The position numbers were made by a program, and so were the translations under genes. A stretch of DNA of 27,938 nucleotides. It comes from Ginkgo biloba. Lineage: Eukaryota > Plantae > Ginkgophyta. Under the pieces are notes generated by a model. It made no database searches. It saw nothing but the letters and a program-made list of their open reading frames with translations, and was not told the DNA's origin. Positions 1 to 13,197 of this stretch are shown piece after piece. The stretch covers positions 250,458,687 to 250,486,624 of the forward strand of contig JANKJI020000002.1 in assembly GCA_024626585.2 (NCBI GenBank). The letters are read 5' to 3'. The first letter of the stretch is position 1. Each line of letters begins with the position of its first letter.

Positions 1-1539
1 TACCCTAGTTTTAGGAGAAAGAAAAATGAAGCTTGCATAACATATGCGAGAGGGGTTAAAAATCACAAGAATTAAGATAACCTGGAACTCATGTGAGGAC
101 TTCACCAAGAAATTCTTTAACCTCAATGAAAGAAATTAGGAAGCCTTCACATCTGGATAAATGTATGATTTGCACCATTTTCTCAAGATATTTTACTAAG
201 CATTGGGATGAAAAATTTTGGGCCATACCTATTATCTAGTATAAGGAGAAGAGGCCTTTGTTCCTGAGCCTTTGACTAGGTAGGGTCATAACAGGATATT
301 ACAGACTCCACTGAACACTATTTATGTAGATGTTCATGACATCATTTACCTTCTCAATGAGTCTACCCAAAAATCATAGAATCCTAAATTCTCAAATTTA
401 AAAAAAATAAGATGAGGAGGACCCTTAGTATTCCTATGAATTTAAGGAACATGATACCATTGAAATTGAAGTAGTATCATGGTGGAATACCCTAGACTCA
501 ACAATGATCAAGATAGCCTTAACATCCAAATGTAAGAGGTTAGGAAAACCTTCTGACAAACCTCCTAAGGAAAATAATAATAAAGTGAAGAAGAGATGAC
601 TATCTAACTAACATTTTCTCCTATAGTTGTAAAGAAGGAANNNNNNNNNNNNNNNNNNNNNNNNNNATCTTAGTATGTTGCACAACCAAGATTAGATTGA
701 TATCAAGGAATTGAAGTAGGAGAAACAAGCGAAACAAGAATCTTCCTTAAAAAGGAATAGATTGATGGCTTATGGACATTAAAAAATATGCTTAAGGTAC
801 CAACATCCCCCAACTCCTCACTCGAAGGACTTGCCTCCTCATGATAACAAATCACCATCGAGCACAAATTAAGAAGAATTTGGCACTCACACATAAAGTC
901 ACTTGTAGGTAGAACCCATGATAGTTTTATTTACCTAACCATTGTAATCAATCACCTCGTTATTATATGCATAGGAGGAAGTATATCGTTTGATCTAATT
1001 TTGAGTAGTGAAAATAAAATTTGATTTCAATTGTAATTTGAGAAGTAGATCGTTTGATCTAATATTTTGGAAAAAAACTAAAAATATTAATGTTTGTGTG
1101 GCACAAACAGAAAAAAGCAAAAGAACCCTTACTAAAAGGCATGTATACCCAAGAATTTTGCATGGATATAACTAAATTTATATTCCACAGCATCAAGAAT
1201 TTGATTATAGGGATAACACAAGTCATCAAATAGTAGTTGGACGACTACAAAGTTCAAACTCATGAGCTTAAATAAACTCTTGACAAGTATCATCAATTGA
1301 TTCTCCACACTACCGATGAACATGAGTAAACTAAATAAGTAACACCCCTTACCAAGTATGAGGCTTATGAATGGTGCCTATAAAATATATAAAACACATA
1401 TATGTTAGAATAGGAGAGGAATTCACTTAAAAGTCAATACAAACTTCTTGGATAGTCGTATTGAATTTGAAGAAAAATTTAAAAGGATAAAAAAAATATC
1501 CTAGGAAATTTTACAACATAAACATCACCTTATGGCCTG

Positions 1540-1890
1540 GATAGACATATTCTACCATAATCATATTGAGAGAATCAATCACCTATAAGACACTAAGTGA
1601 AAATAGTTGGATTGGGTTAGAGTGATTCCACGAACATATACATTCGTCCAAGAGGAAGCGTAAATTCAAAATTTACTCAATAACCTTGTCGATCAAACCT
1701 AGAAACTTGGTATAAAGATTAATGAGGTGAACCATTATTTATCTACATATGGGTAGGAAGAGCATGTTGGTCATATCTTCCAATAGAAGTATTGGTTCGA
1801 AATGATGCTATGATCCTCATTTTAAATGGCGATCCTCATCAAAATACTCTATAGGACTTTCACATATAGAAAGAAAGGGATTTGGCTAAA
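1540..1890 (+). mobile_element. Probable highly degenerate Ty1/copia reverse-transcriptase remnant
   Basis: Manual translation gives, in copia order, RESITYKTL (~EPxTYxEA), KIVG (~KxVGCKW), NLVDQT*KLGIKINE (~RLVAKGYTQxxGIDYxE) and DAMILILNGD (same spacing as DVKTAFLNGD, ~1805-1833). Matches are weak and boundaries approximate. Confidence 0.4.
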
Positions 1891-2929
1891 NNNNNNNNNN
1901 NNNNNNNNNNNNNNNNNNNNNNNNNNNNNNNNNNNNNNNNNNNNNNNNNNNNNNNNNNNNNNNNNNNNNNNNNNNNNNNNNNNNNNNNNNNNNNNNNNNN
2001 NNNNNNNNNNNNNNNNNNNNNNNNNNNNNNNNNNNNNNNNNNNNNNNNNNNNNNNNNNNNNNNNNNNNNNNNNNNNNNNNNNNNNNNNNNNNNNNNNNNN
2101 NNNNNNNNNNNNNNNNNNNNNNNNNNNNNNNNNNNNNNNNNNNNNNNNNNNNNNNNNNNNNNNNNNNNNNNNNNNNNNNNNNNNNNNNNNNNNNNNNNNN
2201 NNNNNNNNNNNNNNNNNNNNNNNNNNNNNNNNNNNNNNNNNNNNNNNNNNNNNNNNNNNNNNNNNNNNNNNNNNNNNNNNNNNNNNNNNNNNNNNNNNNN
2301 NNNNNNNNNNNNNNNNNNNNNNNNNNNNNNNNNNNNNNNNNNNNNNNNNNNNNNNNNNNNNNNNNNNNNNNNNNNNNNNNNNNNNNNNNNNNNNNNNNNN
2401 NNNNNNNNNNNNNNNNNNNNNNNNNNNNNNNNNNNNNNNNNNNNNNNNNNNNNNNNNNNNNNNNNNNNNNNNNNNNNNNNNNNNNNNNNNNNNNNNNNNN
2501 NNNNNNNNNNTATAGGGAGAAAGGTCATAGTTTGATTCTAATATGATAGTTATAGAATAGGAAAGGTCATTGGATTGGTCTTAGAGTGAGATATAAAGGA
2601 TGTCTATCTATAAATATATAAGGCACTTGGCACCATCATTTAACATGACATTCTACACTAGGAGAATTTATTAACCAATACATATTATAGAAGATTGGTT
2701 AAACACCCTATAAGTATTTTATTATCCTTAATTAACTATGTTTTTTATCCATAATCCTACTAGTTATTTACTTAAGAAACAAATATTCTAATTGACCAAA
2801 TAATTTTTTTTATATCCTTTACCATTTGACCATAAGAAACCTCTCATTATTTTTATATTTTCATTAAATGTTTATGATTAGGGGTCTAACAAGAAAAATA
2901 ATAGATGNNNNNNNNNNNNNNNNNNNCTA

Positions 2930-4857
2930 CAACAACCTTGGAGCATAACTCATACCTTCCTTCTAGAGATAATAATATGTTTTTACACTTAGTTCTGTAG
3001 CTATCTTACTAATTACCCATTCCCACATTTAATTACTTGGGTTATTCGTTCTCCATACAAAATTCCCAATAGTCTTACTATTTCTTCCTTACAAATCCAT
3101 TTCCAACCAATATCTTCTTTCCATTTTATTAGATGGCTATCAATATCAAATGCTTATATAATTTTGTGATTTACTTTATTTCTTAAAGCCTACAAAATAT
3201 ATTAAGCCTTTTCATCACTTTATTGATTTCATCCTTTTCTTCTTATAAAATAAATGCGGTATCATTTTCAAAGTGTGAATTTATTATTATCTCTTCATTT
3301 ATAACATATAGCCCCTTAATATTAATTTTCCCTTCTACTTTTAATAAATAACCTATCACTTTTGTAGCTAAAACAAAAATACTAGGAGCTAGAGGGCATC
3401 CTTGTCTAATTAATATTTATAACCATATTTTATCTAACATATATATTTTGGCATAGATGATTCTATTATCTTAGGAGAATAACATAACTACCATGCTTTT
3501 AAACTTGTCACCAAATCCCAATGCAAGTAGCATCATTTTTACAAAGTCCCATTCAAACTATATCATATGCCTTTTCAAAATTAACTAATGATGCTACTAT
3601 TTTTTTATTAAATCTCTTAGCCTTGTCTACTTCTTCCAAAAATGTTAATAGGTTTTCTAATATATATATTCCTTTCACAAATACTACTTTCTCTTTTAAT
3701 ATTACTAATGATAATAAAATTTTAATTATCCTTGCTATATTTTTTTAGCATTTATTTCAATCTTTCTAATAATGCTTGAGTTTTTATGTTAAATGGACCA
3801 TTCTCTAGATATTTTAATGGCCCACATCATATCCTTTTAAAATATCGTTTATTTTCTTTATGTTCTTAGAGTNNNNNNNNNNNNNNNNNNNNNNNNNNNN
3901 NNNNNNNNNNNNNNNNNNNNNNNNNNNNNNNNNNNNNNNNNNNNNNNNNNNNNNNNNNNNNNNNNNNNNNNNNNNNNAATATTATGCCATCGACCAATCC
4001 AACCTCTCTATTTATTAGGATTTGGAAAAGATACCATATCCTGGTAATTCCTTATTTAGAAGCCTTAAATTCCAGAAGAGAGACATTTAATTTAAACAAA
4101 AAAATAAATTTGGCTCCAAATCATTAGGATCTTTCTCATGTAGATCACAAGAAATCAGAGAATGTTAAGAAACAGTCAAAGGGTTAATAAAGTATGCTAA
4201 GGAGTCTATACTAACCCCTCCATTTGTTGGAATATAACATATATCTAATCTCTTTATGAACCTTCTTTCACTTTGCATATTACTCCAGGTAAACCATAAA
4301 AAATTATCATCTCTTTCTACTTTTTGTAATGGATCTTTAATACCTAATTTCAACTTACATTTTAACCATATAAAATCTTCCTTTGTATTGCATGTTAGTT
4401 TAGATCCTCCTTTTTTATCACATTGATTTTCAACCATATTAAAATCCCCTATCATAATCTAAGGAATTTCTTTTAATGATTAACCAATTTTAAGCATTAA
4501 ATATATTTTAAACTTCATTAGGTTCAGAGAGTAATGCTATATCAAAAATTATTTCTTCTTTCAAAATTACTATCCATGCTACAATGTTACATGGACTAAT
4601 TCCTTTGCTTAAAATTTTCCCTTCCCATACAGGATCAACCAAAATAATAGACCTTCCTTTCCTTGTTAAATGATGAGTGAAGGTGTGGTCTACATCTCTC
4701 TATAATATAATCCAAATCCCTTTCCAATGTATTTTATATGACTTTAACATCTTTGTAGACAAAGAATATTAGGTTTACACCTGGTTTTTACTCTCTTATT
4801 CATATCCATTCTCTCTATTCCCTCTAAACCTCTAATGCTGCAAGAGATAATCTTCAT
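2930..4857 (-). mobile_element. Degenerate L1-clade LINE ORF2 (EEP endonuclease + reverse transcriptase), pseudogenised
   Basis: ATG at 4857 reads MKIISCSIRGL (~MKIISWNVRGL). ORF 4165..4455 has IGDFN, FTWSN and KRLD, followed by S*H (~SDH) and LFKLNVSLL. RT motifs: NFEKAYD (~3560), IRQGCPLAP (~3385-3410), FENDTAF (~FADDT, ~3260), IVRLLG (~KYLG, ~3070). Many stops and frameshifts, and most of the EN-RT linker is missing. Confidence 0.9.
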
Positions 4858-5449
4858 TGTTTAGATTTTTGTTTGTTTCCAGATTCAAAGAAACATTGTA
4901 TACCATTCTCCATATAATTGAGATTCTCATTAATTCTTTCCAACTCCTCATATAATAAAATATGGTTATCATTAACTATAAGTATAGTTTTTTTGGAATC
5001 CTCACTAAATGGCATAATTAATTCCTTATAAATTCCTTAGAATTGTTCTACATCTCACTTTATTTCCTTATACCATTATTTTTGGCTTATTCTTTATGTA
5101 TCTCCTTATTAATGTTCTTTGTTTCTTTTTCTTTCTTACAATGTTCATTTTTTTACCATTATCTCCTTAATTTTCTTGTTTTTAAAATTTTGGATAGTAT
5201 TTTTTCTATGACTTATCTCTCTATAGTAAAATTAACCATTAGGTAGACTATAGTATGAGACTTTATNNNNNNNNNNNNNNNNNNNNNNNNNNNNNNNNNN
5301 NNNNNNNNNNNNNNNNNNNNNNNNNNNNNNNNNNNNNNNNNNNNNNNNNNNNNNNNNNNNNNNNNNNNNNNNNNNNNNNNNNNNNNNNNNNNNNNNNNNN
5401 NNNNNNNNNNNNNNNNNNNNNNNNNNNNNNNNNNNNNNNNNNNNNNNNN

Positions 5450-5861
5450 NNTGTAGCCCCTCTATTTCTACCTACATATGACAAAAAAAAAATCACTTCT
5501 TGAATAAAAAAGTTTTGCAACCATGATAGTATTGCAAATAGGTTCCTTCTACATTACCATGTTACTTGATTAATAACCCTGCTCTTACTTAGTTTTTTCT
5601 TAAAATTGAAAAGATACACTCCTTACATCATGTATTTTATAGAGGTAACTTTTATGTAATTATTTTCCATTATAAATCCATACATTCTTCAAGAAACTTG
5701 AGAGCTAGTAATCTTCCCACACAAATTCCAAATAGAGAACATCTTTTAAAAGCTTCAATTTCACAATCTACATAATTTTTATATAATTCAATTACTCTAC
5801 CAAATTTACTTGAAGTCGATATGGTCTCCTCCTCTTGGTATCTTTGTAATTGCTCTACCAT
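5450..5861 (-). mobile_element. LINE ORF1 remnant (DUF4283-like), same element as the ORF2 at 2930-4857
   Basis: SLFGICVGR (ORF 5670..5861), TW*CRRNLFAILSWLQNF (~GPWxFxxxxxxLxxWxPxF) and M*VEIEGL (~VWVxIxGLP), in the order expected for plant L1 ORF1 and upstream of ORF2 on the same strand. Confidence 0.7.
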
Positions 5862-5999
5862 GCTCGATGAAATATCCCACTCATGATCTTCCTTATTGTC
5901 CCCCTTTACAGCTTAAGTGCAAGATTTCTTATTTATAATAACATCCATATTATTTAGTAAATTTGTTTCTTCTACATTAAACCTTAGAAAATTTTCTAG

Positions 6000-8900
6000 A
6001 CTAGACCTTCTTATTTCCCTCTCATTTGTCAATTTATGCTCATTCCTTGATCCTTTTGTCAATCATATCTTATTAATGAGATACACTATTAGCACTAAAT
6101 TTTCTCATTATCATCTTTAGGCAGTTTCTTCTACTTAATAAAAAGTTATCAATTTTGTTTCAATCATACTTATTTTATTCGAATTTTTATTATGCCTAGT
6201 GGCTATATAATTATTTTTCCTTAGTCATCTAGTACTAGTAATGTTGTTTATAGAATGACATGATTACCAATATGATTCTTAAGGTATGATACATGGAATA
6301 TTTTGTGCATTCTTCCTTTGTTTTGAAGATCTACTATGTACACCACTTCTCTGACATTTGTATGAATCTTATATGGTGTATGGTGTAAAATTTATTTCTT
6401 GTTTTTTCTCTTTTCCTTTAGTAATAATAATTATTTGTATGGTTAAAGTTNNNNNNNNNNNNNNNNNNNNNNNNNNNNAAGGTATAGGTCATTCCTCTTA
6501 CTTTAATACCTCTCTAAATCCTATATTGAATGTATTACACTCTAATGTGAATGGTCTACTAAAGCTAGGTGTTACTAAACACTAACATTATTATCAAGAT
6601 TAAATTTATCTATAAAACTACTCTATTTAAATGCTTCCTTCTTTGTTAAGTTTGTGAGAGCTACAATAATCAACAAATAGTGGTGCTTAAAATTTTGATA
6701 GAATTTATCCATTTNNNNNNNNNNNNNNNNNNNATTTCTAGAAATCTTCGTAGTTTATGTGTTAATTTTATCGTTAGATAGTTTTAAATTACTTGCATTT
6801 TTATCGAGTCTATGGTTAATCTATCCTTAGTGATGATGTGTCCCTGGTGTTCAAAGATTTTCTTCTTGAATGCACACTTAGATTCTTTTGCATATTAATA
6901 GTTCTTTTCCAAGTGGTTAATATGCAAGTTTTTTCTTACATTGAAAATTAATATATTGTCAAAANNNNNNNNNNNNNNNNNNNNNNNNNNNNNNNNNNNN
7001 NNNNNNNNNNNNNNNNNNNNNNNNNNNNNNNNNNNNNNNNNNNNNNNNNNNNNNNNNNNNNNNNNNNNNNNNNNNNNNNNNNNNNNNNNNNNNNNNNNNN
7101 NNNNNNNNNNNNNNNNNNNNNNNNNNNNNNNNNNNNNNNNNNNNNNNNNCTATTTTTTAGAAGTATCGTATGTCATTTATACATAATATTAGAAACTTAT
7201 TTTTTATTATGATATAATTTAATTCTTATTAATTAATACATATATTCAACCATCCTTCTTCCTTACAACTATGACTAGTGTTGCATATGGACTCTTTCTA
7301 TCCATAATTGATTAAGGTTGATGAGGTCTTATGTTCATCTTTTAATCTCAGTCTTATAATTNNNNNNNNNNCATATATGAATTTATCATTATTAGTTATT
7401 TATTTAGTTTTATCTTAATAATATGCTCTATTCCCTTATTTGGTGGTAGAATATTTTACCAGTAAAGCCTTAAAAAACTTTATTATTCTTTTTTAATATT
7501 TCTTAGATATCTTTCTTTTATTCCTCAATTTATTCATCTATAATTTTGAATTTATCTAGTTACACCTCTATGCAAGAGAGCCTTTATATGAATCCCATAT
7601 GTTCCTTTTGAAGGATGCTACCCATTTTCTTAANNNNNNNNNNNNNNNNNNNNNNNNNNNNNNNNNNNNNNNNNNNNNNCCTTGCAGCTTAATCTTCATG
7701 ACATTTTCATCATTATTTATTTTATATATACCTAATAGTTGTATCCTTTAACTTTTTAATTATATATCAATTCCTTCTATTGCATTATGAAGAATGAATC
7801 CTTAAGTGTGTACTCTCTTACTTATTAGTATGTTTTTAAATATTCCTTCATACATAATAGAATTATGGAATGGAATAGAGACTATAAATCTATAGCTTAA
7901 TCCTAATCATTTAATTTATCTAATGTCAATGAAGTTGTAAGTATTTATTGAGTCAACCGTTATCAACAACTTAGATATATGTATGTATCTATATACCTTA
8001 CATATATCAAGCCCTAACATCCTTATAATTGTTGCCAATGATATAGTTTTGACCTTTTTAGTTTAGAACAACAGTTCCTGTATGATTTTATTATCTTGAT
8101 TGTTGTTTGCTTTCTCATTATTTTATTTAGTCATTGGTTCTTCTCTTCCTCATCATTTGGCTCATTTTTTATTTCTTTGTCCTCTAGTACTTCCACTATG
8201 GAGAATTATTTTCCTCAATTTTTTTCATATAAGGTCTTTTGTACATGGTTCCTTTCATGCACAACATTCATTATTTCTCCTTCTCTTATTATATCATTCT
8301 TTAAAGGTTGTTTCTTTTTATTTTTCTTATCCTAGTATCAAATGTATGATTACCTTTCTTGGGAAGAAATATAATGTTATTTTATTAATTTATGTGCTTC
8401 TTCACCTTATTTAGTTGCGTACATTTTTTCTTTTGAGGATTTATATCTTATGTTTTCTTACTTTTACTTTTAATTTCAATTTAAGATTGTTGATGTGGAA
8501 TTTTAAGATTTTTGCATAACTCATAGTTTTCTTTATTTAGAGGATTTAATGTTTTTTTGTATACTCAATATTTGATAGTTATTTTTGAAAGAAGTGGATG
8601 AGTTGAGTTCTATAAGAATTGCCATAGTTCCTACCTACTCTTTTGTAGAAGTTTGCNNNNNNNNNNNNNNNTAAAGTATAAGCATGTGTTTATATGTTTA
8701 TAATGCTACTTGCAACCTTATGTGTGGGCATGTCCTACATATGTTATAGGTAAATTTGTACTTTCTCCATATTAGAATAGACTCCTATGTTATCACATGC
8801 ATTATCAAGTTTGTTTATCCATTCCTATGATTCAAAGGGTCTATTAAACTTGAATATTAGGATTTTAGGCTATAATTAGTACATTATTCTTCTCCTTGAT
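6000..8900 (-). mobile_element. Degenerate Ty3/gypsy (chromovirus-like) LTR retrotransposon, gag-pol internal region
   Basis: Minus-strand motifs in gypsy order: gag EWINKLD (~8820), knuckle-like RRRNNECCA*KEPC (~8240-8290), protease TVDSINTYNFID (~7925-7960), RT PYATLVIVVRKKDG (~7250-7290) and KCAFKKKIFEHQGHIITKD (~6825-6880), RNase H FSRPFTLECNT (~6530-6565), integrase C-terminal PYKI...FHVSYLK (~6278-6376), chromodomain-like FIK*KKLP (~6118-6142). Confidence 0.85.
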
Positions 8901-9199
8901 TTTCTTAGGACACCTTTCACTTTCATACGATCCTCTAGTTAGTCCTCTAGATTGGGACTCTCCTTAATCCATTTAATGGTTATATATTAAAAAGTTGTCC
9001 TTTGATTTGATTTAGTGCCTTTAGTAGAACTTGAATGGATTTCTCAGTGTATTGTGTTATTTCCCTAGCTTTTAGTGGATGCTTATCAATTATATATCAA
9101 GTACATTACTATATTACTCACCTATTATGAAAATGTACATTACTATATTACTTTCTATTATACACTCTTATTATAGGATTGTTTACTAAAATTTGATAT

Positions 9200-9750
9200 C
9201 GCTTATATGGTCCCAAGCATGAGACTTGCTAAAGAACCAACCTTAAATCTATTCATAATAATACTTAAAAATATAATTAACACCATGAAATAAATATAGG
9301 AATATAATATTTAAAAATATAGATCAATGATATTAGTCACATTAGTTAAAATAAGAACATCACACATTAATAAAGATTGTGAGAATTAGGAGCACTTATT
9401 ATCTAAGGGAGGTGGGGGGGCGGGGGAGGGGAGAGAGAGTTTCTTAGAGCTCTTCTTCTAAGAGAAGATAACTAAAATAAATGAAGATAACTGACGCCAA
9501 TGAGAGGAAGTTTAGCCCCTTATATCTATTTTAACTTATGTGACTAGCATCTAGATTTTGCTACATCAGTTGAGGCTATTGTTTAAGCTCCTTAATGATT
9601 AAATATATAGTGCCCTTAGTTTGGGTTATTTGGAAGGCTTAACTAAATTGATTAAGGGTCTTTAAGTTCTTAGCATATCACGTTTTCTTCTTTTGTCTTA
9701 GAAAATAACATTCATTGCTTGAAAAAACCCTAATAGGTTATTTTACATAA
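9200..9750 (-). mobile_element. Possible 5' LTR of the 6.0-8.9 kb gypsy element
   Basis: Non-coding stretch immediately upstream of gag, with a minus-strand GATATAAGGGG TATA-like motif (~9516-9526) and a very eroded PBS-like site near 9190-9201. No matching 3' LTR was recognised, and boundaries are guesses. Confidence 0.25.
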
Positions 9751-10514
9751 AGAGTTATACCATATCCCTATGCATTGAGGAACTCCAACCCTCCTTTATC
9801 CTTGGGTTAATAACAAAATTTTGATTTAACCTTATAAAAGCACTTCCTACCCTCAATAACACCCTAGATGATAGATTTGATGGGTTGAATAAACTTATTA
9901 TGAGCATTCTAAAAGGAAAGGTAATGTGAAGTGTAGTAAACATGTGTGGCAACTAAGATTTTTTTGGTAATTTGATATCTTATTAGAAGACCTTAGGGTT
10001 CAGAGCCTTATTAAGAGAGATTTTTATCAACATTTTCCACTACATACTTCCACATATCAGAAAAGGAGATGTGAAATCAAAATAAAATACTAAGAAACTT
10101 ATTCATTAAGTATTTAATTTAGGACCAACCATATTCATCCATCTACTAAGGGGTCCTTTATTCATCAACAAATAATAAGATGTTATTTAATAAATAACCT
10201 AAACGTGTGCTTCTACTTAGATTTAAAGTTAGGATTTATTGCATTTTTGTACTTTGCTAGACTTTTATAACTTCCTTTAATGTGATTTTTTCCTTAGTTA
10301 AAAGCATAAAACTTGAAGCTTTTAAAGTGCAAATTGGTCCCATGGTCATCAAGGNNNNNNNNNNNNNNNNNNNNNNNNNNNNNNNNNNNNNNNNNNNNNN
10401 NNNNNNNNNNNNNNNNNNNNNNNNNNNNNNNNNNNNNNNNNNNNNNNNNNNNNNTCTTTGCTAGATTCCATCCCTCATCTAGTTTTGAAAGAATGGAATT
10501 CTTTTCTTATTTCT

Positions 10515-10659
10515 CCCTTTTCTAAGGAAGAAATAAAGAAGATTATTTTTTACTTAGGTGGTGATAGAGCCCTGAGACCAAATGATTTTCTTACAACTTT
10601 CCTTTAGAGGATCTGGCCCATAGTGAAAAAGGATGTGGTGGAGGCCATCCAGGAATTAT
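10515..10659 (+). mobile_element. L1-type LINE ORF2 fragment (region just before RT)
   Basis: Translates PFSKEEIKKIIFYLGGDRALRPNDFLTTFL*RIWPIVKKDVVEAIQEL, matching the plant L1 motif PFSxEEIKxAVFxMxxDKAPGPDGFxxxFYQxxWxIVKxDVVxAVQEF. The element may extend upstream to ~9.7 kb in more decayed form. Confidence 0.85.
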
Positions 10660-10824
10660 AGCAAATAAAGCATATGGATGATGATATAATTGACATGCTC
10701 ATGCAAATAAATAATTGAACAATCAATTATGGTGTTACAAATTTATAGTGCATTAATCAATTGCAGCAAATAAAGCATATGGATGATGATATTATTGACT
10801 TGCTCGTGCAAATAAATAATTGAA
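10660..10824. repeat. 60-bp direct duplication (10660-10719 and 10765-10824)
   Basis: AGCAAATAAAGCATATGGATGATGATATAATTGACATGCTCATGCAAATAAATAATTGAA versus AGCAAATAAAGCATATGGATGATGATATTATTGACTTGCTCGTGCAAATAAATAATTGAA, 3 mismatches by eye. Confidence 0.95.
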
Positions 10825-11869
10825 TGAGAACCAGCAGAGAGTTTAAGCTAACTTCTGAGTTTCTTCTCCACCTGGCAACATGCCAGAAAATGAATACCTT
10901 TCTTGCCAAGGCTATTGAATAAAGGTCACACCACGTATCAGTCACTACAATAAAGATAACTACTTAAGAACAAGACATCAAGTTTGGCACCATCAAAAGC
11001 ATGCACCCACTTCAAGATAATACGCACAATATAGTGCAGCACATTTCAAAACTTTTGAAAAATGATCTCCAAAGAGTAATACAAACTATAACACTCGTGT
11101 GTAAAGAGATTAAAATACCACATAGTAGAATAATATAGATATTATTTTAAAAAACTACAATGAAAAATATTTCGGTTCCTATAGCAAATTACACACTTTC
11201 CTCTTTCACCCTATTCTTTGCTTGATGCTATTTGGGAAAACGTCTTTACCATGGTGGACCATGCAATTTATAAACAAATGCTCGTTCAATTATACGAGGA
11301 CATGTGCTAACTTTTTGCAGGGATTCGTCATCACAATTTTTATTTTGACGGCCATTTTGATGGCGCGGTTTGAAATTCTGCGACAAAGTATAGGCTAAAA
11401 CTACCTGTAAAACTTTCAACTTCATCCATACATTTTACATGGAATACACATCCGTTAAAACTAAACAATAACACGAACCTGTGCTCTTAAGTGTCGACTT
11501 TCACAATACGCTGGTGATAATATTTGACGTGTAAAGTAGAATATGTCCGCGTCGAATAGGAAAGGACTTCACGAGGTACAAAATATACCAAGAAATGGAA
11601 AGATCCTTCTCGGTAATGTTAAAGAAACTTCCATTGAATTCAAGTCTCACACCTCGAGAAAGAGATGTGCGTCGGAATAAATTAAATTACATCGCGNNNN
11701 NNNNNNNNNNNNNNNNNNNNNNNNNNNNNNNNNNNNNNNNNNNNNNNNNNNNNNNNNNNNNNNNNNNNNNNNNNNNNNNNNNNNNNNNNNNNNNNNCCAA
11801 ACATTTTCACATAATATAGGCATTCATGCATTCGAAGGTACATTGATAGAGAATTTTTAAACCCAAGTG

Positions 11870-12240
11870 ACAATGACATGCGAACCCAACATCCATTGTT
11901 GGCTATGGGGATGACCTTAAGGGCTTATTGTATTGGGAGCTAAACCTATGGTGGCATCTCCTTGCACATCATTAATGCTTAGCAACTATGACCACTCTAC
12001 TAGACTCGACCCCTTCACCCAATGCCTATAAGGGTGCTAGGAAAAACGTATCTTTTCGACTCCCCTTTGGCACTATAGAACCTAAATAGGCCCCACCCTT
12101 CACTGGTAGTATTTAATTATATTAATTTATGGTACTTATCTACAAGTATCCTTTTAAACCATTTGTATTGATTTATGGTACTAGATGACCAATAGAGCAA
12201 TGGGTATCCTTCAACCTGATAGTCACCCTAGGGTTTCTAT
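11870..12240. repeat. Dispersed LTR-like repeat family, copy A
   Basis: Shares blocks with 13198-13480, 16390-16610 and 27570-27938, e.g. AAGGGCTTATTG, TGGTAGT(A/T)...TATATTAATT, CCATTT(G/A)TATT(G/A)ATTTATGGTA and TTCAAC(C/A)TGATAGT. Confidence 0.7.
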
Positions 12241-13197
12241 AGGTACCTTGCACAACGACAATGATAATTTTTCCCTTTGAATGATGATGTCATCCCAGGA
12301 AAATGTCACCCTTCTTGAGTCAAATCAACTTTAGTACAATGCCAATAGTTCAACATATGAGGAATATTCTGATCGGATTTTCTGCCAATATAGAATGTCA
12401 AGAGAGCCAATGAATGATAGAAAGCCATTGGCCAAAGAAATCCAAAGACAAGGAAAGCCAAAGAATAAAAAAAATGCCAAGCAAACTTCACACTCGGGTG
12501 AACATCTCTACCACACTGCTGGATGCATTTCTTTTCAGTTTTTTCATGTAACAGTCTGTTCTCCTACTTTTGCAAGAAAAAGCCTCAAAGAAGTTGCTTT
12601 GGTATACAAAATATAATACTAAGTGAACTAGAAATCAAAACTTCCATGCTTAATGCATACTAACTATGCACACATTAGCAATGCAAAATTAATTGTCACT
12701 TTTTTATTTAGGTTAACTCTTACTACATCAATTTTGGTCAGTAGGATATGTACTGTTAGTAGAAAAGGTATATCTTGTAGCTAGGAGTTCAAACACCATA
12801 TGTTAGCCATGGGGATCACCCATGGGGATTCAACATAACATGCACCTAAATCTTTCGTGCATAAATGCAACATTCAGTTCCCAATGACTATTAGAGATCT
12901 ACTAGAATCCACTTTGCAACCCCACTTAATCAAGGATGCCATGGTTGGGCTAATTTGGCCTCTTTTGTAATAGCTCGCTTCCCTAGAAACAATAATAATA
13001 AAATATATAAGTGAGCAACAGAAACATCNNNNNNNNNNNNNNNNNNNNNNNNNNNNNNNNNNNNNNNNNNNNNNNNNNNNNNNNNNNNNNNNNNNNNNNN
13101 NNNNNNNNNNNNNNNNNNNNNNNNNNNNATTAATAGTTATCAATTATTAGTGTGTTAATCTAGTTAGTAGGACATGGATTGTTAGTAGGAATAGGGA

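Noticed and set aside
1826-2535. Long ORFs made mostly of X (also near 5255, 6941, 15941-16462, 17539-18235 and others)
   Set aside because: They are open only because N runs contain no stop codons.
10848-10946. Minus-strand mini-exons (TDTWCDLYSIALARK; VEKKLRS*)
   Set aside because: The implied intron is only ~26 nt and the peptides are too short to support.
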